A stretch of DNA of 64,000 nt from Planctomycetota bacterium. GTDB taxonomy: Bacteria > Planctomycetota > Planctomycetia > Planctomycetales > Planctomycetaceae. The notes under the pieces are model-generated. The model made no database searches and was not told the origin of the DNA. It worked only from the letters and a program-made list of their open reading frames with translations. Positions within the stretch are counted from its first letter, which is position 1; every line of letters starts with the position of its first letter. A program made the position numbers and the translations under genes. The DNA lies in NCBI GenBank assembly GCA_022600195.1, contig JAHZKX010000068.1:2184-66183 (forward strand), given 5' to 3'. This document shows positions 41,283 through 50,572 of the stretch, piece by piece.

Positions 41283-42899
41283 CTAAGGTTCAACGGAGAG
41301 CAATTCAATCCCATCAAACTTACCGGTCTTCATACTGGCGCCACCGACGACGAGGAGATGATTTTTATCGATAGAAAGCAATCGATGAAAAAAACGTGGC
41401 GTCGGCGTTTTGCCAATAATTTCCCAGGCTGAACCATCGCTGTTCAATCGCTGAAGTTCACCTTTGATTGTACTGGCATAGAGCTGCCCTCCAGTGGCGA
41501 ATGAGGAAACACCAAATCCGTTTATCCCTTCTTCTCCCACAAGCTCAGGGCCTTCCGACCAACTATTGCTGGCAGGATTAAAGAGACTGACTTTTCGAGT
41601 CGGACCACCTGTTTCCTGCATACCCCCGAGCACAAAAAGCTTCCCCTTATGAGCGGCAACAGCAATGGCCCGACGCTTAAACGGCGGTGCGGAAATGGCC
41701 TCCCACTTCAAACTTTTTTGATTGAGGTCCATTCTCCAGGCAGTTTCATGCCAATGTTTATTTGCCGCACCTTGCATTGACCAGCCACCGACAACGTAGA
41801 TTGTATCCCCGAGCATAGCTGCATCGAATGATGATCGTGGTTCAGGTAACTGGGGAAGCTCAGTCCAAGTTTGTTTTATCGGATCGAAGACAGCGACATC
41901 TTTTTTAGACCAGAGATCGTGTTCTTCCCCTTCGGAGTTCTGAGCAGTAAAACCGCCCAACCTGTATATTTTTTGATCGTGAGCCACCATCGCCAGACCT
42001 TGCAAGTGTGGCCCCTTCGCGAGCGAAGTCCATTTCCCTGATTTCAGACTCATTCGCAGTAGCTGATTAGCCTGCTCGGTCATCGCGTAGGAGTGAGCAC
42101 TACCGGTGTGACCGCCATAAACATAGAGATCACTATTTAATATTGCAGCCCCAAAACTGGTAACCGGTTGAGAGATTTTTGAAAGTTGCTTGTATGCGAT
42201 GTAGGCCGTCGGCGCAGGGACTTTGACAGCTACCGTCGAGTAATGTCGAGTTTCTGAAAACTTTTCCCCATTCAACTCACCCGCTTCAAGCTCAACATGC
42301 CGCACTCGAATTGAGTACAGGCCACTCTCTGCCATTCTAAATTCGACTCGACCTTTCTTATTCGTCACACCTTCAAAATCAACGAGACCTGGACCTGATG
42401 CTTTCACTTGCGATTCGGCCACTGGTTGGCCATCGAAGCGAACAGTGATAATAACTTTTCCCTGATCAAAAGTTGGCACAACATCTAAGCGAAGATCATC
42501 AGAGGTATCGGTTTTGTTCCAGGTTGTGCTTGTGATGGCCGGTCCGGTTTTGGCATAGTACCTCAGACGGAAAGCTGAGCCACCTCGTTCAATAATCCCA
42601 TAATCATGTGCTGCGATGTATAAAGATTTCCCTTGATACTGCTTTACTCTAGTTGAGAGCAATTCGTTTGCGAGAGTTAATTTTGTAACGACAGGGTCCT
42701 TTGAACCGAAAACTCGATACAACTTCAGATTTTTGATTTTACCAAGCAACTCAGGATCATCTGGTGAAGCATCTTCGCTGAATCGAACTTCTATATTCAT
42801 CGTTCCGTCTTTGTCCACAACGGGAGCCAACCAGATAAAATGTGCCTGAGCCGAAACCGTAGCAGCAAGCAGGATACCGAGAGTAAATAGAGATCTCAT
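41283..42899 (-). CDS. Secreted DUF4198-like (Ni/Co-uptake associated) + Kelch beta-propeller fusion protein
   Basis: Signal peptide ending AQA, then HFIWL; ...FDGQP...TNKKG...RHYST; Kelch repeats YVYGG, YRLGG, YVVGG, FVLGG, LVVGG. Confidence 0.8.
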   Translation of the reverse strand: MRSLFTLGILLAATVSAQAHFIWLAPVVDKDGTMNIEVRFSEDASPDDPELLGKIKNLKLYRVFGSKDPVVTKLTLANELLSTRVKQYQGKSLYIAAHDYGIIERGGSAFRLRYYAKTGPAITSTTWNKTDTSDDLRLDVVPTFDQGKVIITVRFDGQPVAESQVKASGPGLVDFEGVTNKKGRVEFRMAESGLYSIRVRHVELEAGELNGEKFSETRHYSTVAVKVPAPTAYIAYKQLSKISQPVTSFGAAILNSDLYVYGGHTGSAHSYAMTEQANQLLRMSLKSGKWTSLAKGPHLQGLAMVAHDQKIYRLGGFTAQNSEGEEHDLWSKKDVAVFDPIKQTWTELPQLPEPRSSFDAAMLGDTIYVVGGWSMQGAANKHWHETAWRMDLNQKSLKWEAISAPPFKRRAIAVAAHKGKLFVLGGMQETGGPTRKVSLFNPASNSWSEGPELVGEEGINGFGVSSFATGGQLYASTIKGELQRLNSDGSAWEIIGKTPTPRFFHRLLSIDKNHLLVVGGASMKTGKFDGIELLSVEP

Positions 42900-42982
42900 T
42901 TCATTTTTCCTTTTGTGTATTCTATGAACGCAAGATAGTGATTGAAGATTCTATCCTGCATAAGTTGTTAAAAAGTTGACTT

Positions 42983-43450
42983 TCATTTTTGTTTTGAACT
43001 GAGATCGAATTTGAATTCATTTAGCTCGTTCTCAGTAATGTGGACGACCAGATTGCTCCGATCATTGTAAATCGCTGGAACGCGAACAACTTTAACTCTT
43101 AATTTTTTGCGTTTCTTTTCGAAACGTTGCATGGTTGCTTCATCATCTATGGCTAAACCAGCATTATCCATCGACTCGATTTTCACGCGATGCGTGCCCA
43201 CGAGTGGGCCGAATTCAACAGGCAGCTTGAACTGCCCACCATGAATCGAGGCCGATACCTTAGGTCCTTTTGTGCTTTCTGAAGGAATAAAGCTAATGAC
43301 ACCCATCGATAAGGGTTGACCGTTCAATTTAACAACTCCAGTGACTGCCGCTCGCTGGAAAGCATTTTCGTCCGCACCCCCACAACCGAAAACACATGTC
43401 AGTGCAATAAGAGTGAGGAAAAACTTAAACATGTTGTCCATGACAGGCAT
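42983..43450 (-). CDS. Lipoprotein of the carboxypeptidase-regulatory-like type that accompanies DUF1559
   Basis: Lipobox VFGC, VTGVVKLNGQPL..G.I.F.P, GPLVGTHRVKI, P..YN..S.L. Start at 43450, 43441 or 43432. Confidence 0.82.
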   Translation of the reverse strand: MPVMDNMFKFFLTLIALTCVFGCGGADENAFQRAAVTGVVKLNGQPLSMGVISFIPSESTKGPKVSASIHGGQFKLPVEFGPLVGTHRVKIESMDNAGLAIDDEATMQRFEKKRKKLRVKVVRVPAIYNDRSNLVVHITENELNEFKFDLSSKQK

Positions 43451-43487
43451 TTTTTCGAGCAGTAACTTCCACTGGTATAAAAATTGA

Positions 43488-44405
43488 TTAAAATTCACCG
43501 ATCACCTCCCCGCCGTTACGGGTTGCCAACGCGTCCAGTAAGCTGGCATCAATATTCTCAGAGATGAAACGGACCGAACCATCGACCAATGTGAATTGAA
43601 CTCCTCCTTCGTGGTCACTTCGAAAAGAGTACAACCAGTTAGAATTGTATACTCCATCATCTAACTCATCATGAGGATTGAAAGCGAACTCGGTCGTGCA
43701 AGCTGTCGAGCCTGGGTAAGGTACCGACCAGTAAGTGAAAGAATAACGCGACTCTCCCTGACAAGCTCCCGAACTGAATTTGTAATCGGGAAGATTATAG
43801 GCAGTTTCACCGATCATCAAGGTATTGGTGGTTCCATCGGTGAAGTCCCGTAATTTTGTTTTACCGGCAGTCGAATCGGTATAGACGATGGCTCCATTCA
43901 GTATGGGACGGGATGCGCCAGGAATGTAAGCCCAATACGGATTATAATTTTTAGTCCCTATGTTGACCGCATAATGGCCAGGGGCGCGACCTTGATCGGA
44001 ATCACAACTCGGCACAACTCTTCGCATAGGTGAGGTGGGGCACAGATAGCCTGGGATGACCTGGCTCGTCACTTTGACATTATAAGTATCGTTGTTAGTA
44101 AGGCTGAAATCATAGTGATTGAAAAGATTCCCTTGATCAATCATAGGCATGATCGATGTGAAAAGGCTTCCCCCGCTCAAAGTACTGTTGGCATTGGTAT
44201 TGGGAAGCTGAAGATACACATCGTGGTAGTTGTGAATCGCCAGGCCAATCTGCTTGAGATTGTTTTTACACTGAGTTCGGCGAGCCGCCTCACGTGCTTG
44301 TTGAACAGCGGGAAGTAAAAGCCCAAGAAGAATCGCGATAATAGAGATTACCACAAGTAACTCGATGAGCGTAAAACCCCGGCGACGGGATAAGAAAAAA
44401 AACAT
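43488..44405 (-). CDS. DUF1559 prepilin-type N-terminal cleavage / H-X9-DG domain protein
   Basis: [47 protein letters not shown]; C-terminal [14 protein letters not shown]. Confidence 0.96.
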   Translation of the reverse strand: MFFFLSRRRGFTLIELLVVISIIAILLGLLLPAVQQAREAARRTQCKNNLKQIGLAIHNYHDVYLQLPNTNANSTLSGGSLFTSIMPMIDQGNLFNHYDFSLTNNDTYNVKVTSQVIPGYLCPTSPMRRVVPSCDSDQGRAPGHYAVNIGTKNYNPYWAYIPGASRPILNGAIVYTDSTAGKTKLRDFTDGTTNTLMIGETAYNLPDYKFSSGACQGESRYSFTYWSVPYPGSTACTTEFAFNPHDELDDGVYNSNWLYSFRSDHEGGVQFTLVDGSVRFISENIDASLLDALATRNGGEVIGEF

Positions 44406-44536
44406 GGCTTAACTCCTGTGAAACCAGTAAACAGACGGGCCCCACTACCACAAGCAGTGCGGGCGATTCTGTCGAGCGTGGCTGGCGATCACAGAGAGTG
44501 AATTGGCGTGCTGCGTTCTCGATACGATATTTACAT

Positions 44537-44563
44537 TGATACTGAGACTCAATGTCATTATGA
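44537..44563. promoter_or_regulatory. Fur-box-like operator in the divergent DUF1559/hemP promoter
   Basis: GATACTGAGACTCAATGTC (44538-44556) matches the canonical GATAATGATAATCATTATC at 14/19; overlapping 7-1-7 sites are offset by 6 bp. Confidence 0.7.
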
Positions 44564-44684
44564 TATCGAGATAAATAATTATGTCAATGATCAGTCAGAG
44601 TTTTTTGGTATTTCGTTGACTCGAATCATAAAACAGAACTAAACGCACAAACTATTTAACAATAATCACTTATGGCTATACATT

Positions 44685-44873
44685 ATGGTAAATGAAAAGA
44701 AATCTCAGAAATCACCCGCATCCGAAACTAAAAAATCGAAAGCCACCCTATCGCCGACATCGTTTGACTTTGAATTGCTTTCCAAAGGTCAGAAAGAGGT
44801 TCTCATTGCATTTCAAGGACAAGTCTATCGATTACGAAAGACTCGAAATGGTCGTTTGATTCTCACGAAGTGA
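44685..44873 (+). CDS. hemP: Hemin uptake protein HemP
   Basis: 62 aa; ELLSKGQKEVLIAFQGQVYRLRKTRNGRLILTK is the HemP signature. Confidence 0.88.
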   Translation: MVNEKKSQKSPASETKKSKATLSPTSFDFELLSKGQKEVLIAFQGQVYRLRKTRNGRLILTK

Positions 44874-45131
44874 ATAGGCATCTGACACCGAGCATAATTT
44901 CCATCATTTGCACGACTACTATGCTCCTTTTTGTATCACACTGAATACTCAAAACCAGATCGACTCGCAGAAACGAGATGCCAAAGTCCAGGGCCCTGAA
45001 TTGATTTATAAATCACTGTAAGAATATCTTCGGGTGAAAATTCGCTTTGACTTTTCATACGCGTTTGGACTACTTTCTAAAGTGGTAGAATATATACGCT
45101 CCACAAATCGGCTCCCTCCAGGAAAAACGCA

Positions 45132-46652
45132 ATGAAGAAGAGAGACAAAACCGAAATACTTTCCCTGTGGTTGATACTTTGTCTGTCTTGTATTTTTTCC
45201 AATATTTGTTCAGCAGCGAAACCGCCGAACATTCTTTTGATTGTTTCTGAAGACAATGGACCGGAGTTGGGCTGTTATGGTGATCCCTATGCGAAAACGC
45301 CTCATCTCGATCAACTCGCCAGTGAAGGGGTTCAGTTTGAGAATGCGTTTGTGCCTTATTCAGTCTGCTCTCCTTCACGTGCCTGCTTTCTGACTGGATT
45401 GTATCCACATCAAAATGGCCAGATTGGACTGGCGACTCACAAATTTGCAACCTACCAGCCGAATCCGCCTAACTTTGTCACTTTGTTTAAAGCGAACGGC
45501 TACCACACCGGTTTGATTGGGAAACTGCATGTGAACCCAGAGTCAGCCTTCCCCTTTGATTTTCGTGCAATTCGTGGCGCGAATTTTAATCGCAAGCAGA
45601 CGGTCACAGATTACGCGGAACAAGCTTCTGCTTTTTTCTCGAAATCAAAAGATAAACCGTGGTTCCTTTCGGTAAACTTTCCCGATGCCCACCTGCCCTT
45701 CATCAAAAAGATTAATGGGCGTCCTGCCCAACCACTTACAGAGAGCGATGTAAAACCAATGCCCTGGGTGGGTGTGAATACACGACGGATCCGCGAACAG
45801 GTGGCTAACTATTACAACTGTCTGGCAAGGCTCGATGAAGGTGTGGGCTTGCTGCTGGCTGAGCTGGAAAAGACGGGGCAGGCTGACAATACGATTGTCT
45901 TTTATATCGGTGATCACGGTGCTCAATTCCCCCGTGGTAAAGGAACCGTTTATGAAGGTGGCCTGCGAGTCCCGATGATTGTACGCTGGCCAGGTGTCGC
46001 TCCGGCCGGTAAAAAGAAAATAGAACTTGTATCCACGATTGATATTCTGCCCACAGCGCTGTCGGCTGCGAGTATCAAAGCGCCCGCCAATCTGCCAGGC
46101 TGGAATCTGATTCCTGTGCTGGCTGGTTCTCCTGAGCCCTTCTGGCGTCGCTATATTTTTGGTTTCACGACCGGCTCCTTTCCACGAAACTGTTTCATCC
46201 AGCATTCACTGCGCGATAAGCGTTATAAATTGATTTCGAGTCCCAGGCCTGACACGAATAATATGATCGCTGGCAGCTATCTTGATGAAACGCACCCGCA
46301 TTTTGTCATTTCAGGCGCGACCACCAAAGATCAGGCGACGGTGAGTGAATCCGTCAAGCGTGCGTTTGCGCTCTGGTCAAAACCGCCGCGTTACGAACTG
46401 TACGATCTGAAAAACGACCCTAATGAATGGACCAATCTGGCCAACGACCCTGCGTACAAGGAGATCAAATCGAGACTCATCAAAGACTTGACCCGACTCC
46501 AGACTCGAACTCGCGACCCATTCTTAGATCAGGAAAATATTGAAGCATTTGTTAAGGAGCAGTTGGCGAATCGCGATATGAAATATCGAAAGCAGAAAGA
46601 TTTTCGCTGGTCCTATCTCGATAGTTTTCCGAGCTGGCGGGCGTCGAAATGA
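45132..46652 (+). CDS. Cys-type sulfatase (heparan N-sulfatase/SGSH-like)
   Basis: SEDNG, CSPSR, GKLHV, DAHLPF, GDHG. Confidence 0.92.
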   Translation: MKKRDKTEILSLWLILCLSCIFSNICSAAKPPNILLIVSEDNGPELGCYGDPYAKTPHLDQLASEGVQFENAFVPYSVCSPSRACFLTGLYPHQNGQIGLATHKFATYQPNPPNFVTLFKANGYHTGLIGKLHVNPESAFPFDFRAIRGANFNRKQTVTDYAEQASAFFSKSKDKPWFLSVNFPDAHLPFIKKINGRPAQPLTESDVKPMPWVGVNTRRIREQVANYYNCLARLDEGVGLLLAELEKTGQADNTIVFYIGDHGAQFPRGKGTVYEGGLRVPMIVRWPGVAPAGKKKIELVSTIDILPTALSAASIKAPANLPGWNLIPVLAGSPEPFWRRYIFGFTTGSFPRNCFIQHSLRDKRYKLISSPRPDTNNMIAGSYLDETHPHFVISGATTKDQATVSESVKRAFALWSKPPRYELYDLKNDPNEWTNLANDPAYKEIKSRLIKDLTRLQTRTRDPFLDQENIEAFVKEQLANRDMKYRKQKDFRWSYLDSFPSWRASK

Positions 46653-46761
46653 AGTTCACAATTCCTTAGTTTCCGTGTCAGCAATTTCATTAAGTCGACT
46701 TAGAATATTCTGCCAGACGACTATTAATTCAAGAATCATACTTTTAAAGAAAGATGATATA

Positions 46762-47463
46762 ATGACAGAGAAAGTGGTACTGATCACAGCTGCCGGTAGT
46801 GGCATGGGGGCTGCGATTGCCCGTAAGCTGGCTGATCTTGACTACAAAGTTGTAATCCTGTCTTCTTCTGGTCGCGGTGAAGCCCTCGCTGCTGAACTGG
46901 GTGGTGTAGGCGTGACGGGGTCAAATCAAAATCCGGACGATCTCAAACTCCTTGTTGATACCGCTATGGATAAATTTGGCAAAATCGATACGGTCGTTAA
47001 TAGTGCTGGTCACGGGCCGAAAGGTAAGATACTGGAAATCAGTGATGACGATTGGCACTTGGCATTGGATGTGTATTTCCTGAATGTCGTACGAATCGCG
47101 CGACTGGTGACTCCCATACTGCAAGCCAATGGGGGTGGAGCGATTGTCAACATTTCGACTTTCGCTGCCTTTGAACCAGAGCCGGCGTTTCCGACTTCCG
47201 GTGCGTTTCGCGCGAGTCTGGCTGCTTTCACAAAACTGTTTTCCGACGAATATGCGTCGGTCAATATCCGCATGAATAATATTCTGCCAGGATTTATCGA
47301 TAGTCTTCCTGAGAAAGAAGAGTTTCGTAATCGCATACCCATGGGCCGTTACGGGACTACCAACGAAATTTCCGAAACCATTGCATTTATATTGTCAGAC
47401 GGCGCAAACTATATGACTGGTCAAAATCTACGTATTGACGGTGGGATTACTCGATCAGTTTGA
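46762..47463 (+). CDS. SDR family oxidoreductase (atypical active site, SxxxR)
   Basis: ITAAGSGMG, VNSAG, TSGAFRA instead of YxxxK, NNILPG, MTGQNLRIDGG. Start ATG 46762. Confidence 0.9.
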   Translation: MTEKVVLITAAGSGMGAAIARKLADLDYKVVILSSSGRGEALAAELGGVGVTGSNQNPDDLKLLVDTAMDKFGKIDTVVNSAGHGPKGKILEISDDDWHLALDVYFLNVVRIARLVTPILQANGGGAIVNISTFAAFEPEPAFPTSGAFRASLAAFTKLFSDEYASVNIRMNNILPGFIDSLPEKEEFRNRIPMGRYGTTNEISETIAFILSDGANYMTGQNLRIDGGITRSV

Positions 47464-47484
47464 CACCATATTATTCTACTCAAA

Positions 47485-49713
47485 GTGGATTTCATGAGAT
47501 ACGAAGTATTCATTTGGTTTTCAACACTCATACCGATCATGGGAGTTGTTCCACTTCAAGCCGCTGACTTGCAGAACGCGGATCTTGAACAAAATGATGG
47601 CTGGCAAATTGTTACACGAGGCAATCTTTTTCGAGCAGCGTTCGTCAAAGATACCTCTCAAACTGGCAAACAAAGTTTTACAGTTTCACTTGCCGATGAT
47701 TCCCCTACCAAGAAAGAAGATTTTGCCGGAATTGTCCAGACCGTAGAACTTACTCAGGCGGACAAGGGTATTTCATTCTTTGTCAAAGATAACTATACAG
47801 GCAAGACAAAGAGCTATCATTGGATGGAATTGCTTTTGGATGACGACGTAATCTGGGAAGCTGATGTTGCTGGCGGCAATACCGAATGGCAACAGGTTAC
47901 ATTAGATCTGACCCGCTACTTGAAGCAGGTGAAGCGAAAATTAATTGGTCGCAACAAATACCGTCATGAAAAAAATTACAAAATCACATTCCGAGTCTAT
48001 GAGAGGAAAGCCGTCAACCGATTTGGAATTCAAGTCTGGGCAGATAACTTTCAATTGTTGAGAGAAACACCGACCAACCCTCAGAATTGCGAAAAGAAAA
48101 AAGTGAAGCCCCGGCTCAAAGAATTGCTGGTCTATTATGACGAAAACGATCTATTCCAACCTATAACGACTTTGGATCACTTCAAGCAAAAGCGTCAGCA
48201 AATCCTTGAAGGAATGCTGGATGGTATGGGTAAATTGCCTGCTCGCCCAACCCGGCGCAGTCTTGAAGACTTTCACATTCAGGTAATCAACACACAAGTG
48301 CGAGGCCGCTATACCAAGAAGACGATCTCATTTAATGCAGCAGAGGACGAGGTCGTGCATGCATTTCTTTACGAACCGCTCGACAAGCAATCTGGTGAAA
48401 AGCGGCCTGGAATCGTTGGTATGCACCCGACTGGTAGTACGGGTAAAAGCAGTTTTGAAAGCTGGCCACTGTGCAATTTCCCTATTGAACTGGCCATGAT
48501 GGGTTATGTGGTCATCGTGCCGGATTACCCTGGCTTTGGTGATTCAAGACCTTACGATTACGAAACCGACCGATATGACTCCGGGACAATCAAAGGTGTT
48601 TTTAACCATATGAGCTGTGTTGATTTATTACAGCGACATCCTGATGTTGACCCGAATAAAATCGGGACGATTGGCCATTCATTAGGCGGCCACAATGCCA
48701 TGTTTCTGGCAGCATTTGACGAGCGCGTCAAGATTGCAGTATCCAGTTGTGGTTGGACACCATTCGAGTATTACGAAACGAAAAAAGGGAGACTCAAAAC
48801 CTGGGCGCTTCCCCAGTATATGCCACCCTTGGAGACGCGCTACCATTCGGATCATACACAATTCCCTTTCGATTTTCATGAAGTGGCAGCCGCCATTGCA
48901 CCGCGCGTCTTCTTTTCCAGTTCCCCGAGTAACGATGGTGTATTTCCGGGATGGGGCCCCAAGTCTGCAGAATTGTCTATTAAAAAATACTTCAGGGCCC
49001 GTGGAGCTGAGCAAGCTTTTCAATTTCACCAGCCCCTCGCTCAGCATCGATTTCCCTGGGATACGCGCCAAGCGGCGTATCGTTCAATGAATGATACGTT
49101 CGACTATCATTTTCATGGCAATCTGGGATTACTGGCAGAACGCAAGGGAGCGGACTCGATTCCCATTCTAAAGAAAGCCCTGGACGACAACGATCCGAAA
49201 GTTCGCTGGTCAGCGGCGAGCATGCTCGTTACTTTGAAAGACGCCAGTGGTCTGGAGCAGATGAAGCAAGACCTCAAGACCTTTACCTCCGAGCAGAAGT
49301 ACGCAGAGCATGCTCTTGAAGTGGCGAATGTACTGGCCCGGCTGGGTGATAACAGTGGCTACGAGTTAGCTGCAAATTTAGCTACGAAAGGAACAACACC
49401 TGGTCAACGTTGGCGTGCCGCTATTGTGCTATCTCATATTGCGAATACTAATAAGAATGTTCTGCAAGCTAAAGGCATGGATCCCATCGCCGTGCTGAAG
49501 ACCATGGCAGCCGAGGAGAAAGATGAAGGGGTGTTTTTCGTATTACTCGATCAACTGCATAAGATTCTAAAAGATCGAACTGTCATGATTGAAATTTTCG
49601 CAATCGCCAAGGACTCGAAATATCATTCGGAACCACCTCCGGGAAATCGATTTCGCATCGCTGAAGTCTTTTATTCCGTCGCGGTAAGAGATAAAGACAA
49701 GACTTGGCGCTAG
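47485..49713 (+). CDS. Secreted multidomain hydrolase: beta-sandwich + alpha/beta hydrolase + HEAT-like repeats
   Basis: Central GMHPTG, PDYPGFG, IGHSLGGHN, IAPR, HRFP; C-terminal LKKALDDNDPKVRWSAA. Confidence 0.78.
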   Translation: MDFMRYEVFIWFSTLIPIMGVVPLQAADLQNADLEQNDGWQIVTRGNLFRAAFVKDTSQTGKQSFTVSLADDSPTKKEDFAGIVQTVELTQADKGISFFVKDNYTGKTKSYHWMELLLDDDVIWEADVAGGNTEWQQVTLDLTRYLKQVKRKLIGRNKYRHEKNYKITFRVYERKAVNRFGIQVWADNFQLLRETPTNPQNCEKKKVKPRLKELLVYYDENDLFQPITTLDHFKQKRQQILEGMLDGMGKLPARPTRRSLEDFHIQVINTQVRGRYTKKTISFNAAEDEVVHAFLYEPLDKQSGEKRPGIVGMHPTGSTGKSSFESWPLCNFPIELAMMGYVVIVPDYPGFGDSRPYDYETDRYDSGTIKGVFNHMSCVDLLQRHPDVDPNKIGTIGHSLGGHNAMFLAAFDERVKIAVSSCGWTPFEYYETKKGRLKTWALPQYMPPLETRYHSDHTQFPFDFHEVAAAIAPRVFFSSSPSNDGVFPGWGPKSAELSIKKYFRARGAEQAFQFHQPLAQHRFPWDTRQAAYRSMNDTFDYHFHGNLGLLAERKGADSIPILKKALDDNDPKVRWSAASMLVTLKDASGLEQMKQDLKTFTSEQKYAEHALEVANVLARLGDNSGYELAANLATKGTTPGQRWRAAIVLSHIANTNKNVLQAKGMDPIAVLKTMAAEEKDEGVFFVLLDQLHKILKDRTVMIEIFAIAKDSKYHSEPPPGNRFRIAEVFYSVAVRDKDKTWR

Positions 49714-49858
49714 AGTCAACTCAGAAGATATTCTGAATGTGCCTGTCTCGTGGAGCATATTGACTTACGAAGGCGTTGTGTTATCATCCATTGCAGTAGC
49801 GTTAAGGCCTGAACACAAAAGAGTGCTGACGTTGTACGTCAGACAAGGATGCAAGCTC

Positions 49859-50572
49859 ATGTTGCCATACTTTCGTATTATAATGATCTCTCTGTCCGGT
49901 TCCTGCCTGCTGTTCGCGGGTTGCAGCGAGAGTGCCCCTGCTCCTGCCAACGACGCGAACCTGGCTGACAATCAGCCTATGTCGAATGGGTACGGCTACG
50001 GTGCAGTTGAGGACATCATTTTTCAGGATTCATTAAAGTCGAATGCTTCTGTCGAACAAAGTTTTTCAGAACTTAAATTCATCGACACAAATGGAAAACC
50101 TGTCCAACTGAGTGAATTTATTGGCAAGAAAAATCTTGTACTGGTTTTCACTCGGGGTTTTGCTGGTAGTATCTGCCCCTACTGCGCAACACAAACGTCA
50201 CGTCTCATTTCAAACTACGAAAGTATTACCAAACGAAACGCAGAAGTGATTGTTGTTTATCCTCTGAGTAGCGATACAGACATCCCACGTTGGGATGAGT
50301 TTCTGGCTGCGACGCGTGCAAAACTTTCATCACCCGAGTCACCAGTTCCCTTTCCGGTTCTGTTAGATATTAAATTGGACGCCGTCAATCAACTGGGAAT
50401 CCAGGACAAATTGGCTAAGCCGGCTACTTATATCGTCGACACGCAGGGACAGATTCGTTTTGCTTACGTCGGCTCCACATTGGCGGACCGACCTTCCATT
50501 AAAGCCATGCTTGAGCAGCTGGACAAACTCAATCCCGTCACGCCAGTTACTGAAGACAAATCGAGCAAATAA
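49859..50572 (+). CDS. Peroxiredoxin-like (AhpC/TSA) lipoprotein with CPYC motif
   Basis: Lipobox FAGC, LVFTRGFAGSICPYC, PATYIVD..G.IRF. Probable start ATG 49859. Confidence 0.85.
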   Translation: MLPYFRIIMISLSGSCLLFAGCSESAPAPANDANLADNQPMSNGYGYGAVEDIIFQDSLKSNASVEQSFSELKFIDTNGKPVQLSEFIGKKNLVLVFTRGFAGSICPYCATQTSRLISNYESITKRNAEVIVVYPLSSDTDIPRWDEFLAATRAKLSSPESPVPFPVLLDIKLDAVNQLGIQDKLAKPATYIVDTQGQIRFAYVGSTLADRPSIKAMLEQLDKLNPVTPVTEDKSSK

